Shown: positions 48,158 through 56,561 of the stretch, piece by piece | Layout of the letters: each line of letters begins with the position of its first letter | How positions within the stretch are numbered: position 1 is the stretch's first letter | Assembly (NCBI GenBank): GCA_937899865.1 | Contig: CALBRH010000044.1 | Coordinates: 4,691 to 68,690, forward strand | Length of the DNA stretch: 64,000 nucleotides | DNA from: an uncultured euryarchaeote | Lineage (GTDB): Archaea; Thermoplasmatota; Poseidoniia; Poseidoniales; Poseidoniaceae | Reading direction: 5' to 3' | Position numbers and translations under genes: made by a program | The notes under the pieces: model-generated | The model's database searches: none | The model's input: only the letters and a program-made list of their open reading frames with translations | Told to the model about the DNA's origin: nothing

Positions 48158-48823
48158 ATGACTAGGGCGCGTGACAAGAGCCCAGATCATTTTGGATGGG
48201 AGAAAATCGAATTAAAACCAAATCCCGGTTCAGTGCTTTTACCACTATCTTGGGGTTTGCTACCATTGGTATTAACCGTAATTGTTTATTTTACTGAAAC
48301 AGGATTGCAATTTATCAATTTCCTCGGTGCGGGTGCAGTAATTTTGATGTTAGTTGGTGGTATTGGTGCTGTCAGCGCTCGCCAAGGAATTTTTAATTCA
48401 CAAAAAGTAGGGCTTGGCTTTTTCTTTAGTTGCCTCTCTCTCTTTTCATGGCTGATGGTTGCTAACAACAACTTTCAAGTTGAGTGGGGGATAATTTCTT
48501 CATACCTTGCTTTTGCAATGATTTATCGTTCTCTTGATTTTATTTTCAAGGATTCAAATTTAATCTTCCAATTAAGTTGGGATGCAAAGTCTCGATTACC
48601 ACTTGATGCTATGACGGGATGGGATGTTAGAAGCCGTAAATTCGCTCAAAATACTATGGCACTGAAGCGATATGACAAGGATAGTTTTGCTCAAATTTAT
48701 GGCACAAGAACAAAGCAAGGATTGGCAATTCGCCTTGACATATTTGGAATTCCAATGGGTGAACGCTTTGATTTTAGACAATTAGGTTTGGATTTGGAAC
48801 AATTTGTCTATGAAGAGGAATAG
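48158..48823 (+). CDS. hypothetical membrane protein
   Basis: About 221 aa with 4 hydrophobic helices followed by a soluble tail. No family recognised. Confidence 0.4.
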   Translation: MTRARDKSPDHFGWEKIELKPNPGSVLLPLSWGLLPLVLTVIVYFTETGLQFINFLGAGAVILMLVGGIGAVSARQGIFNSQKVGLGFFFSCLSLFSWLMVANNNFQVEWGIISSYLAFAMIYRSLDFIFKDSNLIFQLSWDAKSRLPLDAMTGWDVRSRKFAQNTMALKRYDKDSFAQIYGTRTKQGLAIRLDIFGIPMGERFDFRQLGLDLEQFVYEEE

Positions 48824-48858
48824 TCATCTTGAATAACCGACTGTTATGGCAGTACTTC

Positions 48859-49338
48859 ATGGAAGTAACTATACTGTTGGGGTCATCCTCAGATATGCCC
48901 GTTGCCGAAAAGTGCACTAAGATTTTGAAACAATTCGATGTAACCTATCAATTGCGTGTTGCAAGTGCCCATCGTTCACCTAAATTCGTTGAGCAAATCA
49001 TCCATGATGCAGAAGAAGATGGATGTTTGGTTTTCATCGCTATGGCTGGTTTAGCAGCTGCTTTACCAGGTGCAGTAGCAGCACTGACTACCAAACCGGT
49101 AATCGGTGTACCATGTGGTGGTAGAGTGCCATTTGATTCATTACTATCTATTGTTCAATTACCACCAGGTGTTCCTGCAGCAACTGTTGGTGTTGACCGT
49201 GGAGATAATGCTGGTTATTTGGCAGTTCAAATGCTTGCATTACAGAGTGAAAAGCATGCAGCAGCATTAAAGCAAAACAAACTCGATCAAATTGAGAGAG
49301 TTAAGTCCCAAGACCGTGAGGTTAACGGGGGCGCTTGA
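48859..49338 (+). CDS. purE: N5-carboxyaminoimidazole ribonucleotide mutase
   Basis: VTILLGSSSDMPV, SAHRSP, AGLAAALPGAVAALT. Start moved to ATG 48859. Confidence 0.9.
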   Translation: MEVTILLGSSSDMPVAEKCTKILKQFDVTYQLRVASAHRSPKFVEQIIHDAEEDGCLVFIAMAGLAAALPGAVAALTTKPVIGVPCGGRVPFDSLLSIVQLPPGVPAATVGVDRGDNAGYLAVQMLALQSEKHAAALKQNKLDQIERVKSQDREVNGGA

Positions 49339-49339
49339 A

Positions 49340-50290
49340 ATGTTTGACGTCGATGAATTCGTTCAGGAATCCATCGAGTCATTACAAAACACAATTGATG
49401 ATGTAGCAATTATTGCCTGTTCAGGCGGTGTTGATTCAACCGTTGCCGCAGTTATAGCTAACCAAGCGGTTGGTGATTTACTCCATTGCGTCTATGTTGA
49501 TACAGGTTTTATGCGCAAGGGTGAGACCGAACAAATAGAAGCTTTACTGGCAGACCAAGGAATCAAGAATTTGGTTACAGTAAAGGCAGCAGACCGCTAT
49601 TTTGAAGCATTGAAAGGCGTAACTGAGCCAGAACAAAAGCGCAAAGTTATCGGAGAATTATTCATACGAATTTTCGAAGATGAGCAAAAGAAATGTGGTG
49701 CTAAGTATTTGGTTCAAGGTACTATTGCTCCAGATTGGATTGAATCTGGTGGTGGTGTTCGTGACACAATCAAGTCGCATCACAATGTTGGAGGACTTCC
49801 TGAAGACATGACTTTAGAGGTAGTTGAGCCACTCCGAGAACTCTACAAAGATGAGGTTAGAGAATTAGCCCGTCACTTAGACATTAATGTTGCAGAACGT
49901 CAACCATTCCCTGGTCCTGGATTAGCGGTTAGAACTCTAGGTGAATTAACACCTGAGCGTGTAGCAGTGGTGCGAGAATCGTGTGCAATTGTTGAAGAAG
50001 AATTGGAAGCAGCAGCTGCTGAAGGTTTGATGGAATTACCTTGGCAATATTTCGCTGCTCTACTACCTGTTAGAAGCGTTGGAGTTCATGGTGATGTACG
50101 TGCTTATGGTGAAACAGTAGTAGTTCGTGCAGTGAAATCAATGGATGGGATGTCAGCAAGGTACTCTGAAATTCCGCATTCAGTACTGCAAAAAATAAGC
50201 ACTCGAATAACCAATACTGTCAAAGGTGCAGTTAATCGTGTAGTATACGATATTACTCACAAACCCCCTGGTACAATTGAGTGGGAATGA
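49340..50290 (+). CDS. guaA: GMP synthase subunit B (ATP pyrophosphatase domain, split archaeal form)
   Basis: PP-loop ACSGGVDSTV, HHNVGGLP, C-terminal KPPGTIEWE. No glutaminase domain in the ORF. ATG 49340 is 1 nt after the purE stop. Confidence 0.9.
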   Translation: MFDVDEFVQESIESLQNTIDDVAIIACSGGVDSTVAAVIANQAVGDLLHCVYVDTGFMRKGETEQIEALLADQGIKNLVTVKAADRYFEALKGVTEPEQKRKVIGELFIRIFEDEQKKCGAKYLVQGTIAPDWIESGGGVRDTIKSHHNVGGLPEDMTLEVVEPLRELYKDEVRELARHLDINVAERQPFPGPGLAVRTLGELTPERVAVVRESCAIVEEELEAAAAEGLMELPWQYFAALLPVRSVGVHGDVRAYGETVVVRAVKSMDGMSARYSEIPHSVLQKISTRITNTVKGAVNRVVYDITHKPPGTIEWE

Positions 50291-50382
50291 GTTAATTTTA
50301 CTTTGCAGATGTCAAAATTATCATGCTTTTTGTTAAATCAAAAAAGCAACATATCAAAAAGGGATATGTGTCATTTCAAATT

Positions 50383-52968
50383 ATGCCAGCCAAACGTAAG
50401 AGTGTGTTAATTTTAAGCATCTTACTTTTTTCATTAATTTCTAATGTACAAGCATCAAATGATTTTGATACTGTTCCACAGTTTGGAACTGGATTTGAGG
50501 AGGTTGTAATTGCAGATAGTTCTGATGATTTATTTGACCCTAGAGATTTAGAATTTCATCCAGGTAGAGCCAATGAATTATGGATTGCAAACCGTGGCGA
50601 TGATAGTATCACTATTGTTCATAATACTGGGTTAGATGATCAATACTCTGAAAACCGCCAAGACTCTAATCACAATCATTTCCTCGAAGAAGTTAGTGCG
50701 ATTGCATTTGGAGCATACCATCCTGAATTTGATTGGCAATGGGGTTCTGCTCAAGAAACTCAAAATACTTACTGTGGAGCTTTAGAAACTCCCAATCTAT
50801 TCATGGGTCCAACACTTTGGCCATCCTCACTTGACCATTATGCAGTAGAAAATCAGAATAATGGAAATGGATTATTAGGTAGTCACATAGATATGAATCA
50901 TCAATCCCCTGATGGGATGGGTATTGCTCATGATAATGGTAATGCTTATTGGTACTTTGATGGATATTATGGTGAATTGGTTTACTATGATTTTCAAGTT
51001 GACCACGATACTGGACAAGACGATCATTCAGATGGTATTGTGCACCGATATTCAGATGTTAAATTAACTAGGGATGCTGGTATACCAGGGCATATGATTC
51101 TTGATAAGGACTCTGGGATACTATACATCGCAGATACCGGTGCAAGTCGTGTTCTTTGGGTAAATACTGATTCTTCTGTCAATACGATAGACATAATGGA
51201 TGATCCATCGAGAATGGAACCACTTGCAGAATACAAGCGAAAAACCGGAGTAGAATGGGGTGTAATTGATACCGGACTAAATCGTCCATCTGGTATTGCT
51301 CTAGAGGGAGGAATGCTATTTGTCTCAGAAAATGGCAATGGGCAAATTACAGCTTACGACCTTGCTGATGATGGCAAAAGTGCCACAATTGCAGATACGA
51401 TTCAAACCAGTGCAGTTTTCATAATGGGATTGGAAATTGGTCCGGATGGGCACTTGTATTACGTTGACAATGGTCAAAATCAAGTTGTACGAATCGACCC
51501 ATATTTCGACAGTGATGCAGATGGCGTTTATGATGAAGATGATAACTGTCCTACAAATTATAATCCTGACCAAGCAAATTATGATGGTGATAATCTTGGT
51601 GATATATGTGATGAAGATGACGATAATGATTTGATTCTAGACGAAAACGATGTTTGTCCTATGGGCGAAACTGGTTGGATTTCTCGCTCACTTACTGATT
51701 TTGATGGAGACGGATGTCGTGATGAAAGTGAAGATTTAGACGATGATGATGATGCTATTTGTGACTCAGATGTTGTTGATTTAAGTTGCCAAATATCCTC
51801 TATGTCAAGTGATTTATGCCCAGCATCATCGATAGATTTCACCTCTAATCTACAAACGGATAATGACGCTGATGGATGTGAGGACACTACCGAAGATGAT
51901 GATGATGACAATGATGGTTATTCAGACGATGTTGATGATTGTCAATTTGAAATAGGTACTAGCTCAAACGGTCTAAAAGGGTGTATAGATACTGATTATG
52001 ATGGTTATGCTGATAGTATCGATGTATTTCCATCTGATATTAGTCAGTGGTTAGATACTGATGGTGATGGTTATGGTGATGAGAAAAGTGGCACACAGGG
52101 TGATTTCTGTCCGACAATTTTTGGCACTTCTACAAGTGACCGATTAGGATGTATTGATAGTGATGGAGATAGCTGGTCGGACCCAGATGAATCTTGGACT
52201 GTAAATTTTGGAGGAGATGCTTTCCCTGATGAGCAATCACAACATTTCGATAGCGATGGCGATGGTTTTGGTAATAATCCAGATGGCTATCAACCTGATT
52301 CCTGTCCAAACGTGTTTGGAACTTCCTTCGTAGATCGGTTCGGCTGTATAGATACTGATGGCGATGGATGGTCAGATGCCGTTGATGTATTCAATGATGA
52401 TAATACTCAGTGGGCAGATTCTGATGGTGATGGTTATGGTGACGCTTTAGATGGTAATTTACCAGATTCTTGTCCTGAAATATTTGGCAACTCAACCATA
52501 GAACGTTATGGATGTCTTGATTCTGATGGTGATGGCTTAGATGATGAATTAGATGCTTTTCCATTTGATTCTACCGAGACAATCGATAGTGATGGCGATG
52601 GAGTAGGTGACAATCTTGATGCTTATCCACTAGATTCTACTAAAACAGTGGTTGAATCAACAGATGATGAGTCAAGTGAAATAATCAATATTGCAATTAT
52701 AGGTGGAACTATTCTTGCCTTAATCATTGTAATCGGTTTGTATGCGAGAAGAAGAAAATCAAATATTGCTATACATCAAAAGAATCAAACCATTATGATG
52801 GAACCAATCTTTGGCCTAGAACCTGTAGTGATACAGCAGCAAAATGTAATCCCGCAAGCACAACCTCCAATGCCTCAATCACCACCTCTGCCACCAGAGG
52901 GATTGCCTCCTGGTTGGACCATGGAGCAATGGAATTGGTATGGTGAAGATTATTTACGCAACCAATGA
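50383..52968 (+). CDS. large secreted, C-terminally membrane-anchored protein: beta-propeller (NHL-like) region, thrombospondin-type-3-like Ca-binding repeats, TM helix, Pro-rich cytoplasmic tail
   Basis: Signal peptide MPAKRKSVLILSILLFSLISNVQA. GIALEGGMLFVSENGNGQITAYDL and GPDGHLYYVDNGQNQVVRIDP repeats. Many DxDxDGxxD motifs. TM IAIIGGTILALIIVIGLYA. Tail ends PPGWTMEQWNWYGEDYLRNQ. Confidence 0.6.
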   Translation: MPAKRKSVLILSILLFSLISNVQASNDFDTVPQFGTGFEEVVIADSSDDLFDPRDLEFHPGRANELWIANRGDDSITIVHNTGLDDQYSENRQDSNHNHFLEEVSAIAFGAYHPEFDWQWGSAQETQNTYCGALETPNLFMGPTLWPSSLDHYAVENQNNGNGLLGSHIDMNHQSPDGMGIAHDNGNAYWYFDGYYGELVYYDFQVDHDTGQDDHSDGIVHRYSDVKLTRDAGIPGHMILDKDSGILYIADTGASRVLWVNTDSSVNTIDIMDDPSRMEPLAEYKRKTGVEWGVIDTGLNRPSGIALEGGMLFVSENGNGQITAYDLADDGKSATIADTIQTSAVFIMGLEIGPDGHLYYVDNGQNQVVRIDPYFDSDADGVYDEDDNCPTNYNPDQANYDGDNLGDICDEDDDNDLILDENDVCPMGETGWISRSLTDFDGDGCRDESEDLDDDDDAICDSDVVDLSCQISSMSSDLCPASSIDFTSNLQTDNDADGCEDTTEDDDDDNDGYSDDVDDCQFEIGTSSNGLKGCIDTDYDGYADSIDVFPSDISQWLDTDGDGYGDEKSGTQGDFCPTIFGTSTSDRLGCIDSDGDSWSDPDESWTVNFGGDAFPDEQSQHFDSDGDGFGNNPDGYQPDSCPNVFGTSFVDRFGCIDTDGDGWSDAVDVFNDDNTQWADSDGDGYGDALDGNLPDSCPEIFGNSTIERYGCLDSDGDGLDDELDAFPFDSTETIDSDGDGVGDNLDAYPLDSTKTVVESTDDESSEIINIAIIGGTILALIIVIGLYARRRKSNIAIHQKNQTIMMEPIFGLEPVVIQQQNVIPQAQPPMPQSPPLPPEGLPPGWTMEQWNWYGEDYLRNQ
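51955..52641 (+). repeat. four tandem copies of a coding module of about 55 aa (G-T/N-S-x4-R/K-x-G-C-x-D-x-D-G-D...F-P/N-x-D...D-x-D-G-D-G-x-G-D)
   Basis: Units start at GTSSNGLKGCIDTDYDGY, GTSTSDRLGCIDSDGDSW, GTSFVDRFGCIDTDGDGW and GNSTIERYGCLDSDGDGL. Near-identical DNA stretches such as gatggtgatggttatggtga recur. Confidence 0.7.
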
Positions 52969-53002
52969 TTAATCTACAACTTACTACTAAGCGTAACTAA
53001 TG

Positions 53003-53039
53003 GATTGCAATATGCGTACAAGAGATTGCAATAAGCGTA
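53003..53039. promoter_or_regulatory. two 16-nt direct repeats GATTGCAATA(T/A)GCGTA spaced 21 bp, each containing the 8-bp palindrome ATTGCAAT; third ATTGCAAT at 53081-53088
   Basis: Read directly: 53003-53018 and 53024-53039 differ at one position. ATTGCAAT is self-complementary. Confidence 0.3.
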
Positions 53040-53086
53040 GGAGATCTTGGAATTTTCTTATTCTTATTCAAGATGGTAGCATTGCA

Positions 53087-53275
53087 ATGATTATGTCAGC
53101 ACTTATCTCTCTATTATTCGGTGTTAATACAATATTGAATTTTATTTTAGTATTCGCTCTTTCTTTCATGACAGTAAGAATGTATCATAGAGTCATTGGT
53201 ACCTTCTTTACTGAATTAGTTAACAATGGATTCCTTAGAAAGTATTTGTTTGGCCAAAATAATGCTAAGCGTTAG
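53087..53275 (+). CDS. possible small (62-aa) membrane protein
   Basis: MIMSALISLLFGVNTILNFILVFALSFMTV... forms one or two hydrophobic helices. Only ORF in a 320-bp gap. Weak support. Confidence 0.2.
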   Translation: MIMSALISLLFGVNTILNFILVFALSFMTVRMYHRVIGTFFTELVNNGFLRKYLFGQNNAKR

Positions 53276-53287
53276 AGCATTGAAATT

Positions 53288-53363
53288 TGGCGCCGATTAT
53301 GGGTTTCGAACCCATGACCTTGGGATTAACAGTCCCACGCTCCACCAGCTAAGCTAAATCGGC
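53288..53363 (-). tRNA. tRNA-Asn (anticodon GUU), CCA encoded
   Basis: Folded by hand: acceptor GCCGATT/AATCGGC, anticodon stem TGGGA/TCCCA with loop CTGTTAA, T arm ATGGG-TTCGAAA-CCCAT, discriminator G, then CCA. Confidence 0.9.
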
Positions 53364-53411
53364 AAAGTTGGCGAACTACCTCTCCTTTATGAGCAATTCG
53401 GAAACCTTACT

Positions 53412-54734
53412 TTACTCAATAATGGAAATTAGACGATTTTTATGCACAAATGGTTGTGCTGAGGTACTAAGTGAGTTAGTTAATTTATTCAAATCATCTT
53501 CAGTCAATGACTCATTATGATGAAATTTCAACCATACATCTCCACTATTGATCTGATTTCCTCGCTCAAAACAAATCTCAAAACCTATTTCTGCAATAAT
53601 CTCATCCTCAATTGAAAATCTTCCAGCGCCATGCTTTCGAGCAATATCAGCGAGCATCATCGAATCAATTTCACAAATATACCCGGTATCTTGTGCTTTA
53701 ATTTCAGTAATGTGGGCACTTTGAGTCAAGACATCCTGTGGATTCTCACATAATTTTTGTGCAGTAATTTGGTCAACTCCTTGCTGGATACACATATGTT
53801 TGAATTTCTCAAGAGCCATGCCATTATCAATGACTTGAGAAATTATTTTTTCAGCTTGAACGTGTGATTCTGCCTTACCGGTTCTGGTCAAAAGTTCAGC
53901 ACATTGTAGAATTACAATGTCAAGAGTATCTTTCGAGCCTTTACCTTGCAGTACCATTACACTACCAAGAACTTCTAAACTATTACCAACATATTGTCCG
54001 ATGGGATAATCCATTTGAGTAATCTGAGCAACAGTATTGATTCCAAGACCTTTAGCAGCACCAACCATTGATTCGGCTAGGCCAGTGGCATCTTCCAACG
54101 TTTGCATGAATGCTGCTTTACCACATTTGACATCAAGGACAAGAGTACCTAAGCCTTCAGCGGCTTTTTTAGAAATTATTGATGCTGTAATAAGCGGTAT
54201 GCTGTCAATAGTATCGGTTACATCTCTTATCGCATATAGTAAACCATCAGCAGGAGCAATAGCATCATTTTGTGCGGCAATGCAACAACCTATTGCTTCA
54301 ACTTGAGTCTTCATTTGTAGTGGATTTAGTGAGCAATTAAATCCTGGAATAGCCTCTAACTTGTCAATAGTTCCTCCAGTATGCCCTAATCCTCGGCCTG
54401 CAAGCATTGGGACCTTTAGGCCACATGCTGCTAAAATCGGTGCTAACATTAACGACATTTTGTCACCAACTCCACCTGTACTGTGTTTATCAACAACCAG
54501 TGCATTATCACTCCAATCAATGACTGCGCCAGATAGCATCATACCTTTGGTAAGTTGTGTGGTTTCAGCTACAGAAATACCATTTGAATGGACTGCTTTC
54601 AACCATCTCTCTACTAACTTTATGTCTATACTTCGTTGTGCAACTGCCTGAATAAAATTATCCAATATGGCGCTATCCATTGGATTTGAAGACTGAACTT
54701 GTTGTATCAACAATTCAACATCGTCAGACTTCAT
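53412..54734 (-). CDS. deoA: thymidine / pyrimidine-nucleoside phosphorylase
   Basis: VDKHSTGGVGDKMSLMLAPILAACG and GRGLGHTGGTIDKLEAIPG hallmark blocks. 440 aa, which is the bacterial-type length rather than the AMP-phosphorylase length. Confidence 0.85.
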   Translation of the reverse strand: MKSDDVELLIQQVQSSNPMDSAILDNFIQAVAQRSIDIKLVERWLKAVHSNGISVAETTQLTKGMMLSGAVIDWSDNALVVDKHSTGGVGDKMSLMLAPILAACGLKVPMLAGRGLGHTGGTIDKLEAIPGFNCSLNPLQMKTQVEAIGCCIAAQNDAIAPADGLLYAIRDVTDTIDSIPLITASIISKKAAEGLGTLVLDVKCGKAAFMQTLEDATGLAESMVGAAKGLGINTVAQITQMDYPIGQYVGNSLEVLGSVMVLQGKGSKDTLDIVILQCAELLTRTGKAESHVQAEKIISQVIDNGMALEKFKHMCIQQGVDQITAQKLCENPQDVLTQSAHITEIKAQDTGYICEIDSMMLADIARKHGAGRFSIEDEIIAEIGFEICFERGNQINSGDVWLKFHHNESLTEDDLNKLTNSLSTSAQPFVHKNRLISIIE

Positions 54735-54743
54735 ACTATCAGC

Positions 54744-55718
54744 CTAATCTTCTGCTAACCCAATCTCAACTAATCTTTGATGGAGATAATCTCCAGCACT
54801 AATCGATTGATAGTCTGCAGTACCACTAGTCATTGCAATGAATTCTGGTCTTGGGGTTAGGTCGATTGTATTTCTTGGATGGACAAACATTGGCATAGAG
54901 AATCTGCGTGCTGATTTTGATGCAGGATTCACTACACGATGAGTAGTTGATTTGAATAAGCCATTGGTTAGGTTTTGTATCATGTCGCCAGAATCAACAA
55001 TGATGTAACGCTCATCACCTTCGACTTTTATCCATGTCCCATCATGGTCCATAACTTCCAAGCCATCGGCGGTTGCTGTAACAAGCAATGTGATGAAATT
55101 AATATCTTCGTGGGCTGCTGAGCGAACAGCACCTTCAGGTACATCATCGCCAAGTGGTGGATAATGGATGATTCTCATGATGGTATTACCATCATTGGTC
55201 ATCTCAACCAACCAGTCGCTATCTTTGCCTAAGTATATGCTACATGCAGATAACAAATCACTGGATAAAGTTTCCATCCTATTGTACAGATCATCAATAA
55301 CTTGCCGAAATTGTGGTACAGATTTGTCTGGCCAAACATTGGTAGGATATGAGGGGGTCTCCCCCTCCTTGTGAGTTCTTCCAGTTTGCCAAAATTCTTT
55401 CAAATCAGGAGCAGGGTTATCTTTGGCATGTTCAACTCCAAAAGCGGTATAACCTCTTTGATGAGCGATTTCACGATGAGCATAATTCATTTTTTCACTG
55501 GCATCGAGGCCAAAAAACTCGTCAGCTTTATCGTATGATTGTTGAATCAATTCAATTGGTATGCCATGATTTTTCAAGGCAAAAAAACCGATGTCTTTGA
55601 GTGAGTCACCAACTTCTTCGATGAATTTATGCTTACGTGTTTCATCACCTGAAACATAGTCTGCGAAATCAATCACTGGAATACTTCGACTCATGTTATC
55701 AAGGCTTGCTATGGCCAA
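54744..55718 (-). CDS. 2-oxoglutarate/Fe(II)-dependent oxygenase (isopenicillin-N-synthase-like family)
   Basis: HYPP...AHEDINFITLL (HxD), TTHRVVNP (distal His), RFSMPMFVHP (RxS). Confidence 0.75.
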   Translation of the reverse strand: MAIASLDNMSRSIPVIDFADYVSGDETRKHKFIEEVGDSLKDIGFFALKNHGIPIELIQQSYDKADEFFGLDASEKMNYAHREIAHQRGYTAFGVEHAKDNPAPDLKEFWQTGRTHKEGETPSYPTNVWPDKSVPQFRQVIDDLYNRMETLSSDLLSACSIYLGKDSDWLVEMTNDGNTIMRIIHYPPLGDDVPEGAVRSAAHEDINFITLLVTATADGLEVMDHDGTWIKVEGDERYIIVDSGDMIQNLTNGLFKSTTHRVVNPASKSARRFSMPMFVHPRNTIDLTPRPEFIAMTSGTADYQSISAGDYLHQRLVEIGLAED

Positions 55719-55765
55719 TAGCGTATCAAGTCTATGCTTAACTGGTAAGAAAAATGGCGTTTTTC

Positions 55766-56515
55766 TTAGTCACGAATTTTAGCCAGAAGTCTAACCATTT
55801 CGATGTAAATCCAAATAATCGTTACAAGAACACCAAATGCGCCCCACCATTCAGCATTCTTAGGAGCGTTCCATTTTACTCCCGATTCGATGAATCCAAA
55901 ATCAGAGATTAGGCTGAGTGCTGCAATACATAGGATAAATGCAGTTACTCCAATACCAATAGGTCCTGATGAGTGTAGGAATGGAATTTCAAATGGTGTA
56001 AAGAAGTAAAAGAAAATCGAAACCAAATATAACATCATAATTGAGAATACCATGCTACCAATCACTTTGTTAAAAGTTGGTGTAGGACGAATAATTCGTG
56101 ACGAGTAGATAAAAAGCATTCCTCCGGTGATAAATAGAGTTCCAAAGGCTGCTTGAATGATTATGCCGCTGTAAAATGCTTCAAAAATCAAAGATAGAGA
56201 GCCAACAAACAAACCTTGCATGACTGCGTAAATAGTCATTAGAGCCGCAGGGTTTTCTGGTCTCATAATCATTAGAATTACTGCAACCACTATTCCTCCA
56301 AACAGCCCTCCCCAAGTCATGCCGTTAATTACCCCAGCATTTCCTGCCTCCAAAGCGTCAAGTGCAACGTAAGCAGCGATGAAAGCAACTACCGTAACAA
56401 CACCCAAAAGGTAAGCTAACTTACCAATGGTTCCTTGTAGTGTCATTGTGTTTTGACCTTGAATATTTGACCAGAAATTTTGTGTCATTACCGGATTGCT
56501 TGTACTATAGCGCAT
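55766..56515 (-). CDS. BAX-inhibitor-1/YccA-family membrane protein
   Basis: About 250 aa with 7 hydrophobic helices and a basic C-terminal end. Start moved to ATG 56515 so it does not overlap the upstream giant gene. Confidence 0.6.
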   Translation of the reverse strand: MRYSTSNPVMTQNFWSNIQGQNTMTLQGTIGKLAYLLGVVTVVAFIAAYVALDALEAGNAGVINGMTWGGLFGGIVVAVILMIMRPENPAALMTIYAVMQGLFVGSLSLIFEAFYSGIIIQAAFGTLFITGGMLFIYSSRIIRPTPTFNKVIGSMVFSIMMLYLVSIFFYFFTPFEIPFLHSSGPIGIGVTAFILCIAALSLISDFGFIESGVKWNAPKNAEWWGAFGVLVTIIWIYIEMVRLLAKIRD

Positions 56516-56561
56516 CGTTATCGTATGTGCTAAGACAAAGTCCTTTGTCAATCTTGCGATA

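Noticed and set aside
51500-52650. Repetitive DNA that could be mistaken for a CRISPR-like or satellite array
   Set aside because: The repeats are in frame inside one long ORF and encode DxDxDG calcium-binding motifs. Spacing and sequence are variable and there are no cas genes.
53000-53086. Longer 91-aa version of the small ORF (MDCNMRTRDCNKRRRS...)
   Set aside because: The N-terminal part is translated from the repeat and palindrome cluster and is Arg/Cys-rich nonsense-like sequence. Only the hydrophobic 62-aa part looks protein-like, and even that is weakly supported.
53288-53363. tRNA-Asn (and tRNA-Thr at 30448-30523) as integration sites of a mobile element
   Set aside because: There is no integrase, transposase or phage-like gene nearby, and I saw no duplicated tRNA 3' segment. 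Flanking genes are ordinary chromosomal genes.
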